DNA from: Desulfotomaculum sp.
GTDB lineage: Bacteria > Bacillota > Desulfotomaculia > Desulfotomaculales > Nap2-2B
Direction of reading: 5' to 3'
Assembly: GCA_003513005.1 (NCBI GenBank)
Contig: DOTD01000072.1
Location: 16,108 to 80,107 of the forward strand
Length of the DNA stretch: 64,000 bases
Shown: in pieces, positions 19,705 through 27,292 of the stretch
Position numbering within the stretch: the stretch's first letter is position 1
How the letters are laid out: every line of letters starts with the position of its first letter
The notes under the pieces: model-generated
What the model saw: the letters and a program-made list of their open reading frames with translations, nothing else
What the model was told of the DNA's origin: nothing
Database searches by the model: none
Translations under genes and position numbers: made by a program

Positions 19705-20916
19705 GTGATTAAGTTTAACGAAGTTGTAATCGTAAGCGCTTGCAGAACGCCGATCGGCAAGTTCGGGGGCGCTCTTAAACAGCTTACAGCGACTGAACTC
19801 GGAGCCCTGGTCATTAAAGAGGCTTTAGCCAGAGCAGGTGTAGAGCCTGAGAAAGTCGACTATGTTTTTATGGGGCAGGTTCTTACAGCAGGCTGCGGCC
19901 AGGCACCCAGCCGGCAGGCGTCAATTAAGGCCGGCATACCTGCGTTAACGCCATCAATAACCATAAACAAGGTATGCTCCTCAGGTATTAAAGCCATTGA
20001 CCTGGCAGTTCAAATGATCCAGACCGGCAGGGCCGACATATGTGTTGCCGGGGGAATGGAAAGCATGTCCAGCGTGCCCTATGGCCTTCCCGACATGCGG
20101 TGGGGAGTGAAAATGGGCGTTCCCAGCAAGGATGTTATCGATCTGATGATTGTGGACGGTTTATGGTGCTCTTTTTACGACCGGCATATGGCTGTCCACG
20201 GTTCAGTTGTTTCCCGGGAGTTTGGAATTACCCGCGAGGAACAGGATGAGTGGGCTTTTTATTCCCAGACAATGGCCAATAGGGCTATTGCAAACGGTGC
20301 TTTAAAAGATGAAATTAAGCCCGTGGAGTTAAACGGGAAAAAGGGTAAGGCAGTTTTATTTGATACAGATGAGGGGCCAAGGGCTGATACAACCTTGGAA
20401 GCGCTTGCCAAGCTTCCTCCTGTTTTTGATCCCGAAGGGACAGTTACAGCCGGCAACGCGCCGGGGATTAACGATGGAGCAGGCGTCGCTGTGCTCATGA
20501 CCCGTGAAAAGGCTGCTCAGTTGGGGATTAAACCCCTGTGTACAATTTTGGGATATGCTGAGGTCTCTCAGGACCCTAAATATATTGCCACTGTCCCCGG
20601 ACTTTCTATAAAGAAGCTTTTGAACCGGACAGGATATTCCCTTAACGATATGAAGCTTATTGAGATTAACGAAGCTTTTGCGGCCGTAGCTATGGTGAGC
20701 GGCAAAAAAATCTTGGGGATGTCGGATTCGGATATGCGAAACCGTGTAAATGTAAATGGGGGAGCTATAGCATTCGGCCACCCGATAGGGGCAACCGGGG
20801 CGCGGATAGCCATGACGATGGCTTACGAGTTAAGACGGCGCGGCGGCGGAATCGGAATCTGCGGGATATGCAGCGGCGCAGCCCAGGGTGACGCCATGTT
20901 AATAAAAGTAGACTAA
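19705..20916 (+). CDS. Acetyl-CoA acetyltransferase (thiolase)
   Basis: 403 aa, GTG start, with NKVCSSGIKA (active Cys), GHPIGATG and a C-terminal CG.CSG motif. Confidence 0.9.
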   Translation: MIKFNEVVIVSACRTPIGKFGGALKQLTATELGALVIKEALARAGVEPEKVDYVFMGQVLTAGCGQAPSRQASIKAGIPALTPSITINKVCSSGIKAIDLAVQMIQTGRADICVAGGMESMSSVPYGLPDMRWGVKMGVPSKDVIDLMIVDGLWCSFYDRHMAVHGSVVSREFGITREEQDEWAFYSQTMANRAIANGALKDEIKPVELNGKKGKAVLFDTDEGPRADTTLEALAKLPPVFDPEGTVTAGNAPGINDGAGVAVLMTREKAAQLGIKPLCTILGYAEVSQDPKYIATVPGLSIKKLLNRTGYSLNDMKLIEINEAFAAVAMVSGKKILGMSDSDMRNRVNVNGGAIAFGHPIGATGARIAMTMAYELRRRGGGIGICGICSGAAQGDAMLIKVD

Positions 20917-20940
20917 AAAAATAAACGGGGTAAACAGAAC

Positions 20941-21190
20941 ATGGAGATAAAAAAAATCATGGTTATAGGAGCCGGACAGATGGGCGGCGGAATTGCCCAG
21001 GTGGCGGCCCAGGCAGGATTTGATGTAATTGTAAACGATCTAACGGCTGAACTGTTGGAAAAAGGTCTTTCTGTAATTGCTAAAAATTTAGACCGGAATG
21101 TAAAAAAAGGCAAGATGAAAGAAGAAGAGGCGCAGGCTGTTTTAAAACGGCTGAGACCCTCCATATCTTTTGAGGATGCGGCCAGTTTTA
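20941..21190 (+). pseudogene. N-terminal ~82 codons of a 3-hydroxyacyl/3-hydroxybutyryl-CoA dehydrogenase
   Basis: MVIGAGQMGGGIAQ Rossmann motif through ...SFEDAA, after which homology stops. The rest of ORF 20941..21372 is read-through. Confidence 0.7.
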
Positions 21191-21551
21191 CGATCGCGGC
21201 CAATCATACCGGACCGCTATTTTTTATCACAGCGAGGAACAAAGGAAAAAGGCTGAAGAATTTAAAAAGGCACTTGCTGAAAGCGGCAGGTTCGATGGTC
21301 CAATCGCAACAAATATCATTTCCGCAGCTGATTTCTACAAGGCTGAAGAATGGTACCAGGACTACTATTTGAAGGAACCCCTAAAATATGCTTCTTACCA
21401 TATCGCCTCCGGGCGGGACAGGTTTATCAAAGAACACTGGAAAGAAGAGACAAAAAAGGAGTTTCTAAAAAGAAAGTTAACTGATTTGCAGTATGAAGTT
21501 ACGCAAAACAGCGCCACTGAAATAAGCACGCTTAAGAAGATTTATCATTAA
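21174..21551 (+). pseudogene. Remnant of a fused MsrA-MsrB methionine sulfoxide reductase (MsrA C-terminus plus first ~15 aa of MsrB)
   Basis: Own translation in the frame of ORF 21369..21551: DRGQSYRTAIFYHSEEQ...FYKAEEWYQDYYLKEP (MsrA tail), then LTDLQYEVTQNSATE (MsrB start), then nonsense. Confidence 0.65.
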
Positions 21552-21571
21552 AAATTTCAGGTAGAAAAATG

Positions 21572-21629
21572 GATGGAGTTTAATGGTTTCCCAATAAGTC
21601 AATTTTTATAATAAGTCAAGCCTGACCCC
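21572..21629 (+). repeat. 58-bp duplicated sequence (copy 1)
   Basis: ggatggagtttaatggtttcccAATAAGTCAAtttttatAATAAGTCAAgcctgacccc. The last 37 nt are identical to the reverse complement of 50975-51011. Confidence 0.85.
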
Positions 21630-21637
21630 ATTTCCTA

Positions 21638-22894
21638 TTAGGAGAGCATATTTGGGAAAACGGAAGTCAGCGCTAGAAGAACCGTAAGGCCGATCATAAC
21701 TGCTATTGTCGCCCAGGCAATAATGTTATAGATCCGGGAATTAACATATTTGCCCATTAAATCAGTGTTATTGACCAGCTGCAGCATGAAAATCAAGATA
21801 AAGGGCAGCAGAATCCCGTTGATTATCTGAGACCACAGCATTACCAGGATAAGTGAGATTTTCGGAATTAAAATTATGCTGGCGCCGATGACTATAAAAA
21901 TAGTATACAATGAATAAAAAACAGGCGCTTCAGACCACGATTTATCAATTCCGGCTTCAAATCCGAAAGCTTCGCAAACATAATACGAGGTTGATAACGG
22001 CAGTATTGAAGCAGCAAAAAGCGAGGCGTTTAAAAGCCCGAGCGCAAATAGTATTGAAGCCCATTTCCCTGCCAGGGGGGCAAGGGCCTGTGCCGCGTCT
22101 TTGGCCGTTTCGACATGAACACCGTGTGTAAAAAGTGTGGCTGAACAAGCAACTACGATGAAAATTGCGACTAAAACAGCCATAAAACTGCCTACTATAA
22201 CATCCAGTCTGGAATAGGCGTATCTTTGTGCTGTTATGCCCTTTTCAACGACCGTTGATTGGATGTAAAACTGCATCCAGGGGGCTATTGTTGTTCCGAC
22301 CAGTCCGATTATCATGCTTAGGTAGCCGCTTTGCAGGCTAAAAGTTGGTTTCACTGCTCCTTCGAGTACGGCGCCCCAGTCTGGTTTCGCCAATGCTCCA
22401 GATATAATATAGCTTAGAAATAAGACAGAAGCGAACAGAAAAACCCTCTCAACAGTTTTGTATGATCCTTTCAGAACAATACCCCAGACTAATAGCGCTC
22501 CAATGGGTATGGAAATGTATTTGCTCAGACCGAAGAGCTCCGTACTGGCCGCTATTCCGGCAAATTCAGCGACTGTGTTGCCGAGGTTGGTAAAAATAAG
22601 GCCAATCATGACGAATAAGATGATCCGTATACCATAGCGTTCCCTGATTAGATCGGCAAGCCCTTTGCCTGTAACTGCTCCCATCCGGGCGCACATCTCC
22701 TGAACAACAATCAGGGCAATGGTTATAGGGATAAAAACCCACAGCAGACTGTATCCAAAATCAGCCCCGGCTATCGAATAAGTAGTAATTCCGCCTGCGT
22801 CGTTATCAACATTGGATGTGACAATCCCGGGTCCAAGTACTGCAATAAATATAAACAGATTGCGTAAAAAGCTGCTTCGTTTTAGTTTCATCAA
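21638..22894 (-). CDS. NRAMP-related divalent cation transporter, probable Mg2+-transporting clade
   Basis: 418 aa polytopic protein. TM1 motif is DAGG (NVDNDAGGITTYS) instead of DPGN. TM6 is TIAPW instead of the Met-Pro-His motif. Under M-box control. Confidence 0.75.
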   Translation of the reverse strand: MMKLKRSSFLRNLFIFIAVLGPGIVTSNVDNDAGGITTYSIAGADFGYSLLWVFIPITIALIVVQEMCARMGAVTGKGLADLIRERYGIRIILFVMIGLIFTNLGNTVAEFAGIAASTELFGLSKYISIPIGALLVWGIVLKGSYKTVERVFLFASVLFLSYIISGALAKPDWGAVLEGAVKPTFSLQSGYLSMIIGLVGTTIAPWMQFYIQSTVVEKGITAQRYAYSRLDVIVGSFMAVLVAIFIVVACSATLFTHGVHVETAKDAAQALAPLAGKWASILFALGLLNASLFAASILPLSTSYYVCEAFGFEAGIDKSWSEAPVFYSLYTIFIVIGASIILIPKISLILVMLWSQIINGILLPFILIFMLQLVNNTDLMGKYVNSRIYNIIAWATIAVMIGLTVLLALTSVFPNMLS

Positions 22895-22895
22895 C

Positions 22896-24185
22896 TTACC
22901 CCCGGCCGGGTCTCCTCGGCGGCATGAACCACGAGAATGTTTTTAAGTCACTGCGGTTTGGTATCAGAGTTTCGATTACATCATCCACTGTAATTATGCC
23001 CTGCAGTATATTTTGATCATCTACAACCGGAACCGCTAAGAGGTTGTATTTGCTCACAACCTCAAGAACTTTTCTATTGTCGTCATGATGGTTGACTGAT
23101 ATTATCCTTGTGTTCATCAGATCCCCGATAACTGCGTTCGGCTGTGCAACAATCAGGTCTCTCAAAGAGAGTACTCCAAGCAGTGACTCATTTTCTTCAC
23201 CAATAACGTACAGGTAATAGATTGTTTCAGCAGACGGCGCCAGTTCACGTAAACGGTTGATTGTTTCTTCTGCAGTCATTCCAATCGGGAAGGCGATATA
23301 TTCTGTAGTCATCAGGGCGCCTGCCGTATCCTCCGGATAACTCATCAGTTCGCGTACGTCCCTGGCTTCTTCAGGTTCCATCAGGTTTAAAAGCTCGCTG
23401 GACTTTTGTTCGGTCAATTCGCCAAGTATATCAGCCGCTTCATCCGGAGGCATTTCTTCAAGAATGTCGGAAGCTCTCTCGATGTCCATTTGTTCAATGA
23501 TTTTCACCTGGGTTTCGAGATCAACTTCCGCTAAAGCTTCAGCCGCTGTCTGGTTATCCAGGTTATCCAGGAAGTCGGTGCGTTCATGATGGTCAAGATC
23601 CTCTATAATATCCGCGATGTCGGCAGGGTGCATTCTTTTTAGGTGATCTTGTTCCTGACTTAGTCTTAAGCTGGCTGTCTTGCTTTCCAGGGGTTTGACG
23701 AACTGCCAGCCGATAAAGTTGCTTTCCTTTTCTTTTGCAATAAACTCCATGCCAACTCTGCGCAGCAAGCCCCGTAAACCAATGTCAAAAGACACCAGAA
23801 TTATATCTACAGTCTCCCCGTGTTTCACCCAGGAAATCTTAATGTCGTTTACGCGTACGAGCTTGGATCCTTTTAAATCGATGACCTGCTTATCCATCAG
23901 CCACTTGCTGACGTATATTTCGTCATTCTTAAGCAAAGTAAGGTTTTCTGCGCTGAATTTACTCTTTAATTTGAGGCCGCTTTCGTCCCAGCTTTCAATC
24001 TGGTTTATATCAATATGGCTCTGGACACCCTTTGCATACTTGATTCCTGTTACACGCGGGCAGATACTGTCCCAACGGATAGCCATATCTTTTATGCGGC
24101 CTACTTTTTTCCCTTCAGCGTCGATAATCGGCATTCCAACCACACGGCTGAAAAAGAATTCGCCCAAAACGTCTACCTGTGCCAT
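22896..24185 (-). CDS. Soluble MgtE-N/CBS-pair protein with N-terminal PRC-barrel-like region (no MgtE membrane domain)
   Basis: 429 aa with MgtE intracellular-domain-like HPADIADIIEDLD...ASDILEEMPPDEAADILGEL, then two CBS-like repeats. Stop is 1 nt from the transporter start. Confidence 0.75.
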   Translation of the reverse strand: MAQVDVLGEFFFSRVVGMPIIDAEGKKVGRIKDMAIRWDSICPRVTGIKYAKGVQSHIDINQIESWDESGLKLKSKFSAENLTLLKNDEIYVSKWLMDKQVIDLKGSKLVRVNDIKISWVKHGETVDIILVSFDIGLRGLLRRVGMEFIAKEKESNFIGWQFVKPLESKTASLRLSQEQDHLKRMHPADIADIIEDLDHHERTDFLDNLDNQTAAEALAEVDLETQVKIIEQMDIERASDILEEMPPDEAADILGELTEQKSSELLNLMEPEEARDVRELMSYPEDTAGALMTTEYIAFPIGMTAEETINRLRELAPSAETIYYLYVIGEENESLLGVLSLRDLIVAQPNAVIGDLMNTRIISVNHHDDNRKVLEVVSKYNLLAVPVVDDQNILQGIITVDDVIETLIPNRSDLKTFSWFMPPRRPGRG

Positions 24186-24210
24186 CTTGATTCCCCCGGA
24201 CCAATCAATA

Positions 24211-24437
24211 TAAAAATAAACTTCCCAATAACGGGAAGTTTATTTGAAAACAAAAAATAATTGTTTTTAGTTTGTCTTCCCCGTCGTTTGAGTTTTGGCA
24301 CATACACAGCTAGGGGTAAATTACCCCAGCCACACTAGGTAAAGCCTTAATCCGACAAAACCTGTTATCCCATTGGTGTCTCTCGACATTTCCGGGCAGT
24401 GGCGTATGTTCTATGTAGAAGCCTCACCTAACAAGGA
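24211..24437 (-). promoter_or_regulatory. M-box (ykoK-type) Mg2+ riboswitch with intrinsic terminator
   Basis: Minus strand: GTTAGGTGAGGCTTCTACATAGAACATACGCCACTGCCCGGAAATGTCGAGAGACACCAATGGGATAACAGG...TAAGGC...GTGCCAAAACTCAAACGACGGGG, close to my memory of the B. subtilis mgtE leader. Terminator AAACTTCCC-gttatt-GGGAAGTTT plus T-run at 24211-24241. Confidence 0.85.
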
Positions 24438-24500
24438 TTCTTTTTTTAAGTATAAACCTTTCTTTAACTTATGGTCAAGTCAGAAAGGAAGAAATAGCGA

Positions 24501-24580
24501 TAAAAAATGAAAACCCGCCCGGTTCTGTGGGTGGGTTTAACCTTCAAAGTCTGTAGTTGCCGTTTAATAGACAAAACGGC
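24501..24580 (-). terminator. Two hairpins downstream of folD; the distal one has a T-tract
   Basis: GCCGTTT/AAACGGC at 24559-24580. AAACCCACCC/GGGCGGGTTT followed by TCATTTTTTA on the minus strand at 24501-24538. Confidence 0.45.
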
Positions 24581-24582
24581 TG

Positions 24583-25476
24583 TTAAAGGGAGTTTTTATC
24601 TGTATTGACTTTTGCCGCCTTAATTACGTTTAACATGAGCATCATTCTTGTCATCGGACCGACACCGCCTGGAACCGGTGTGATCAGGCCGGCTTTTCCC
24701 TTGACAGTTTCAAAATCAACATCTCCGCAAAGGATCGCTTTTCCCTGAGGGGTCATGCCTATCCTGTTTACCCCGACATCGATGATTACGGATCCCTCTT
24801 TAACCATATCTGCAGTAACAGTTTTGGGGCGGCCTGCGGCAACGATTAGAATATCAGCCCTTTTTGTATGTCCGGCGAGGTTTTTCGTGCCCGTATGGCA
24901 CATGGTGACTGTCGCGTTGGCATTGCTTTGTTTCTGGACCAGGATCATGGAAATTGGTTTGCCGACAAGGTTGCTTCTGCCCAATACAACTACTTCGGCT
25001 CCGTCTAAACTAATGCCGGATCTGATCAGCATTTGGTGGATGCCGTAAGGTGTGCAGGGATAAAAGTAAGCTTCTCCAACCATCAGCCTGCCGGCATTTA
25101 CCGGGTGAAGAGCGTCTACGTCTTTATCAGGGTCGATAGCATAAATTACCCTATTTTCGTTGAGCTGTCCCGGCAGGGGCAACTGTACCAGTATGCCATG
25201 AATCAGCGGGTCCCTATTGTACTTGTCGATCAGAGAAATAAGCTGTTCCTCGCTTATATCAGACGGTTGATTGTCTTGAATGGAATGAAAACCAAGTTCT
25301 TTGGCGTTAGTCTGTTTTCCCTTGACATAACTTACAGATGCGGGATCGTTGCCCACAAGAATGGTTACCAAGCCAGGTGTGATCCCATGGCGCTCCTTCA
25401 GGAATTTAACTTCCTCCTTGAGTTCCTCGCCGATAGTCAAAGCCATCTCGGTTCCGTTAATAATTTTTGCAGTCAT
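24583..25476 (-). CDS. folD: Bifunctional methylene-THF dehydrogenase/methenyl-THF cyclohydrolase
   Basis: 297 aa with SVSYVKGK, GRSNLVGKPISMIL, PVPGGVGPMT. Confidence 0.95.
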   Translation of the reverse strand: MTAKIINGTEMALTIGEELKEEVKFLKERHGITPGLVTILVGNDPASVSYVKGKQTNAKELGFHSIQDNQPSDISEEQLISLIDKYNRDPLIHGILVQLPLPGQLNENRVIYAIDPDKDVDALHPVNAGRLMVGEAYFYPCTPYGIHQMLIRSGISLDGAEVVVLGRSNLVGKPISMILVQKQSNANATVTMCHTGTKNLAGHTKRADILIVAAGRPKTVTADMVKEGSVIIDVGVNRIGMTPQGKAILCGDVDFETVKGKAGLITPVPGGVGPMTRMMLMLNVIKAAKVNTDKNSL

Positions 25477-25509
25477 TATAATTCTTCCTTCATCTTATTA
25501 ACACAGGGG

Positions 25510-25592
25510 AACACAGGGGGACGGTTCTTCTGTGTCTATCCTGGGATTAACATAGGGGGACGGTTCGAGACCACTGTTCTGTGTCTATCCTG
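25510..25592. repeat. Two copies of a ~25-nt hairpin repeat (left arm, inverted relative to 25913-26059)
   Basis: aacacagggggacggttcttctgtgtctatcctg and aacatagggggacggttc..ctgttctgtgtctatcctg. Confidence 0.85.
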
Positions 25593-25843
25593 AAAATTAA
25601 CCTATCTCTTAGGCAGGTCAACTGCCTACGTACTCATATCGCCTCTTATACTTGTACGAACTCGTTCACCCTCGGGCTCGGTTAAACTCGGCGCTATGCG
25701 CCTCAAACAGTAACCTCGCTTATCATCGGGTTCTCTCGTTCTTTGAATAAAGGCTCAAAAATCGCACTTAAGGCATTGACCTCCCGTTGTTGATGATTCT
25801 TCATCTTTCTGATGGCGCTGCATTAGCAGCATGGGTGTCTATT
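25589..25843 (+). repeat. Longest copy of the intergenic repeat family (module 1, ~110-nt core, module 2)
   Basis: Module 1 at 25589-25643 (..aggcaggtcaactgcctacgtactcatatcgcc). Module 2 at 25757-25843 (aaaatcgcacttaaggcattgacctccc...cagcatgggtgtctat). Confidence 0.8.
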
Positions 25844-25912
25844 TATATTCTTTTTATCTATGTTTCCCTTTTTTAAAAATCAATAGATGATACTATCTCT
25901 TCAATGCGCTTG

Positions 25913-26059
25913 CTGATTGACACAGGAGAACCGTCCCCCTGTGTTTCACGCAGGAGAACCGTCCCCCTGTGTTTCGTCCTGTGTTTCATGCGTCCCCTGT
26001 GTTTCACACCCTGTGTTTCACACTGATTGACACAGGAGAACCGTCCCCCTGTGTTTTGC
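25913..26059. repeat. Array of hairpin repeats (right arm): 3 good copies plus degenerate ones
   Basis: ctgattgacacaggagaaccgtccccctgtgtttcac (25913-25949), gcaggagaaccgtccccctgtgtttcg, ctgtgtttca x3, ctgattgacacaggagaaccgtccccctgtgttttgc (26023-26059). Confidence 0.85.
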
Positions 26060-26061
26060 TT

Positions 26062-27267
26062 TTATTCAGGTATTGTATCTTCTACCAGGCAGAGCAGCCT
26101 TCCTTTAAAAAGTTCCACCCGGACAAGCTCTCCTTCCGCTGTTTCTTCTGCGTTGTGGATTATCTGGTGTGAATCTGCCCGGCTGCAAATACTGTAACCC
26201 CTTGCCAGGGTTGCCAGAGGGCTTAATGTTTCCAGGCAGTTTACCTGAACAGCGAGCCTGTTCCGGTTTTGTTCAAGTAAACGGTCTGCAGCCTGCAGCA
26301 ACTTTTGTGAAATAAAATCCAGCTGCTGCTCCTTGCTGGTACATATTTCATGTACGGGCCGGCGTAAAACCGGACGATCCAGGCAGGCTTCCAGGCGCTG
26401 CATACACCTGTTTAAATGGGTTTGCGTCTCCTGGAAAAGCCTGTCTTTTAAATTCCGGGTTAATTTCAGCATTTCCTGTTTTACCGGCACTACGAGTTCT
26501 GCTGCAGCGGACGGCGTAGCAGCGCGTACATCGGCAACAAAGTCAGCTATTGTGAAATCAGTTTCATGTCCAACGGCGGAAACAACAGGTATCCTTGAAT
26601 TAAAAATACTGCGGGCCACTATTTCCGTATTAAATGCCCACAATTCTTCAATTGACCCCCCGCCCCTGCCGATTATGATTACGTCTATTAAATCAATTTT
26701 GTTTAAAAGCTCAATTGATCTCGCTATTTCATAGCCGGCAGTATCTCCCTGGACTGCTGCAGGTGCAAATACAATACACATTCCAGGCCAGCGCCGCCCG
26801 ATAATGTCAACCATGTCGCGGATTACAGCGCCGGTTGGAGAAGTGACAATCCCAATCCTCTTGGGTAAAAGAGGGAGTCTTTTCTTTTTTTCGCTGTCAA
26901 AAAAGCCTTCTGCCTGTAATCTCTTTTTCAGAAGTTCGAAAGCCTGATAGAGGGAGCCTGTCCCGTCAGGTTCCATTTCTTCAACATATAATTGGTAAAT
27001 CCCATCACGCTCGTATACTGTCACATAACCGCGGGCCCTTACGGAAAACCCGTTCTCAAGCCGGAAAGGAAGGTTTTTAGATCTGGATCGAAACATGACG
27101 GACCTGATTGTGCTTTGTTCGTCCTTGAGTGTAAAGTAAAGATGTCCGCTGCCTGCCTGCTTGCAGTTCGATATTTCTCCTTTTACCCAAAAGTTTAGGA
27201 GTAAAAGGTCATTATCCATAATTTCTTTAATATGTGCGTTTACTTCCGAAACTGAAAGTATTTTCAT
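26062..27267 (-). CDS. xseA: Exodeoxyribonuclease VII large subunit
   Basis: 401 aa with N-terminal OB-fold region (LSVSEVNAHIKEIMDND..FWVKGEISN) and a long C-terminal coiled segment. Confidence 0.9.
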   Translation of the reverse strand: MKILSVSEVNAHIKEIMDNDLLLLNFWVKGEISNCKQAGSGHLYFTLKDEQSTIRSVMFRSRSKNLPFRLENGFSVRARGYVTVYERDGIYQLYVEEMEPDGTGSLYQAFELLKKRLQAEGFFDSEKKKRLPLLPKRIGIVTSPTGAVIRDMVDIIGRRWPGMCIVFAPAAVQGDTAGYEIARSIELLNKIDLIDVIIIGRGGGSIEELWAFNTEIVARSIFNSRIPVVSAVGHETDFTIADFVADVRAATPSAAAELVVPVKQEMLKLTRNLKDRLFQETQTHLNRCMQRLEACLDRPVLRRPVHEICTSKEQQLDFISQKLLQAADRLLEQNRNRLAVQVNCLETLSPLATLARGYSICSRADSHQIIHNAEETAEGELVRVELFKGRLLCLVEDTIPE

Positions 27268-27292
27268 TCTGGCGGCCTCTTCAAGCCTGGTA

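Noticed and set aside
20941-21372. 143-aa ORF considered as an intact short dehydrogenase
   Set aside because: Only the first ~82 residues match the Rossmann N-terminus of 3-hydroxyacyl-CoA dehydrogenases. The rest is read-through over an msrA-derived sequence in another frame.
13362-21637. Intact integrative element or prophage at tRNA-Pro
   Set aside because: There is no integrase, excisionase or phage gene, and I could not spot a direct repeat of the tRNA 3' end. I therefore describe it only as a decayed accessory region.
25913-26059. Repeated ~25-nt units that at first glance look like a small CRISPR array
   Set aside because: Spacing between units is irregular (0-20 nt) and there are no unique spacers of constant length. 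Inverted copies of the same unit lie 330 bp away, and no cas genes are in the window. This behaves like a REP/BIME- or MITE-type hairpin cluster.
25477-26061. OLE RNA, a ~600-nt ncRNA of anaerobic Firmicutes usually found in the xseA/xseB/ispA/dxs neighbourhood
   Set aside because: Length and neighbourhood are suggestive, but the usual flanking genes (xseB, ispA, oapA, dxs) are absent. Most of the spacer consists of modules that recur at four other loci in this window, which is not expected for single-copy OLE. I cannot recall the OLE consensus well enough to confirm it. A cmsearch with the Rfam OLE model would settle this.
25969-26172. 67-aa plus-strand ORF and a 39-aa minus-strand ORF in the spacer, considered as a possible missing xseB
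   Set aside because: Both are encoded by the hairpin repeats (GEPSPCV/RGTVLL-type translations). There is no RBS and no resemblance to the helical XseB pattern.
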